Shown: positions 63,705-64,000 of the stretch, piece after piece
Position numbering within the stretch: the stretch's first letter is position 1
How the letters are laid out: the number at the start of each line of letters is the position of its first letter
Assembly (NCBI GenBank): GCA_964016885.1
Contig: OZ024744.1
Coordinates: forward strand, 91,822,001 to 91,886,000
Length of the DNA: 64,000 nucleotides
Reading direction: 5' to 3'
From: Eledone cirrhosa
Lineage: Eukaryota
Program-made: the position numbers and the translations under genes
The notes under the pieces: model-generated
The model's input: only the letters and a program-made list of their open reading frames with translations
Told to the model about the DNA's origin: nothing
Databases searched by the model: none

Positions 63705-64000
63705 ACAACAACAGCAACAACAGCAGCAACAATAACAACAACAACAGCAACACCAGCAGCAACAACAACAACAACAACAACAACAGCAACAACAACAACA
63801 ACAGCAACAATAACAACAACAACAACAACAACAACATCAACAACAGCAGCAACAGCAGCAACAACAGCAGCAGTTACAAGAACAACAACATCAACAACAG
63901 CAACAACAACCGCAACAACAACAACAACAACAGCAACAGCAACAACAGCAACAACAACAACAACAACAGCAACAACAACAAGAGCAACAATAACAACAGC
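62560..64000. repeat. (GGT)n tract (62560-63520) and (CAA/CAG)n tract (63640-64000)
   Basis: Direct inspection. Confidence 0.95.

Overview
Eukaryotic, microsatellite-rich, transposon-dominated window. The SINE families, RTE 3' ends and repeat load suggest a cephalopod (Octopus-like) genome; this is inference. It contains one apparently intact RTE-clade LINE with a PHD-like finger inside its RT, and several truncated RTE copies including a head-to-head pair. Other retroelements are a full-length but disrupted Tx1/L1-type LINE plus an internally deleted sibling in (AAT)n arrays, a decayed Penelope-like element, an R4/Dong-type fragment and a probable solo LTR. There is also a DD37D (maT) transposon and many tRNA-derived SINEs. 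Gene-derived sequence is limited to a 5S rRNA pseudogene and an intronless, internally deleted MAK16 copy; several minisatellites are present. Best leads: (1) a 595-bp tandem unit carrying two complete type I hammerhead ribozymes with a U3-A8 core covariation (retrozyme or Penelope pseudo-LTR), with further minimal hammerhead candidates nearby; (2) an ATTAT/(AAT)n-targeting Tx1-like LINE whose 3' end and target site are shared with the dominant SINE. All calls were made by eye; no searches or folding programs were run.
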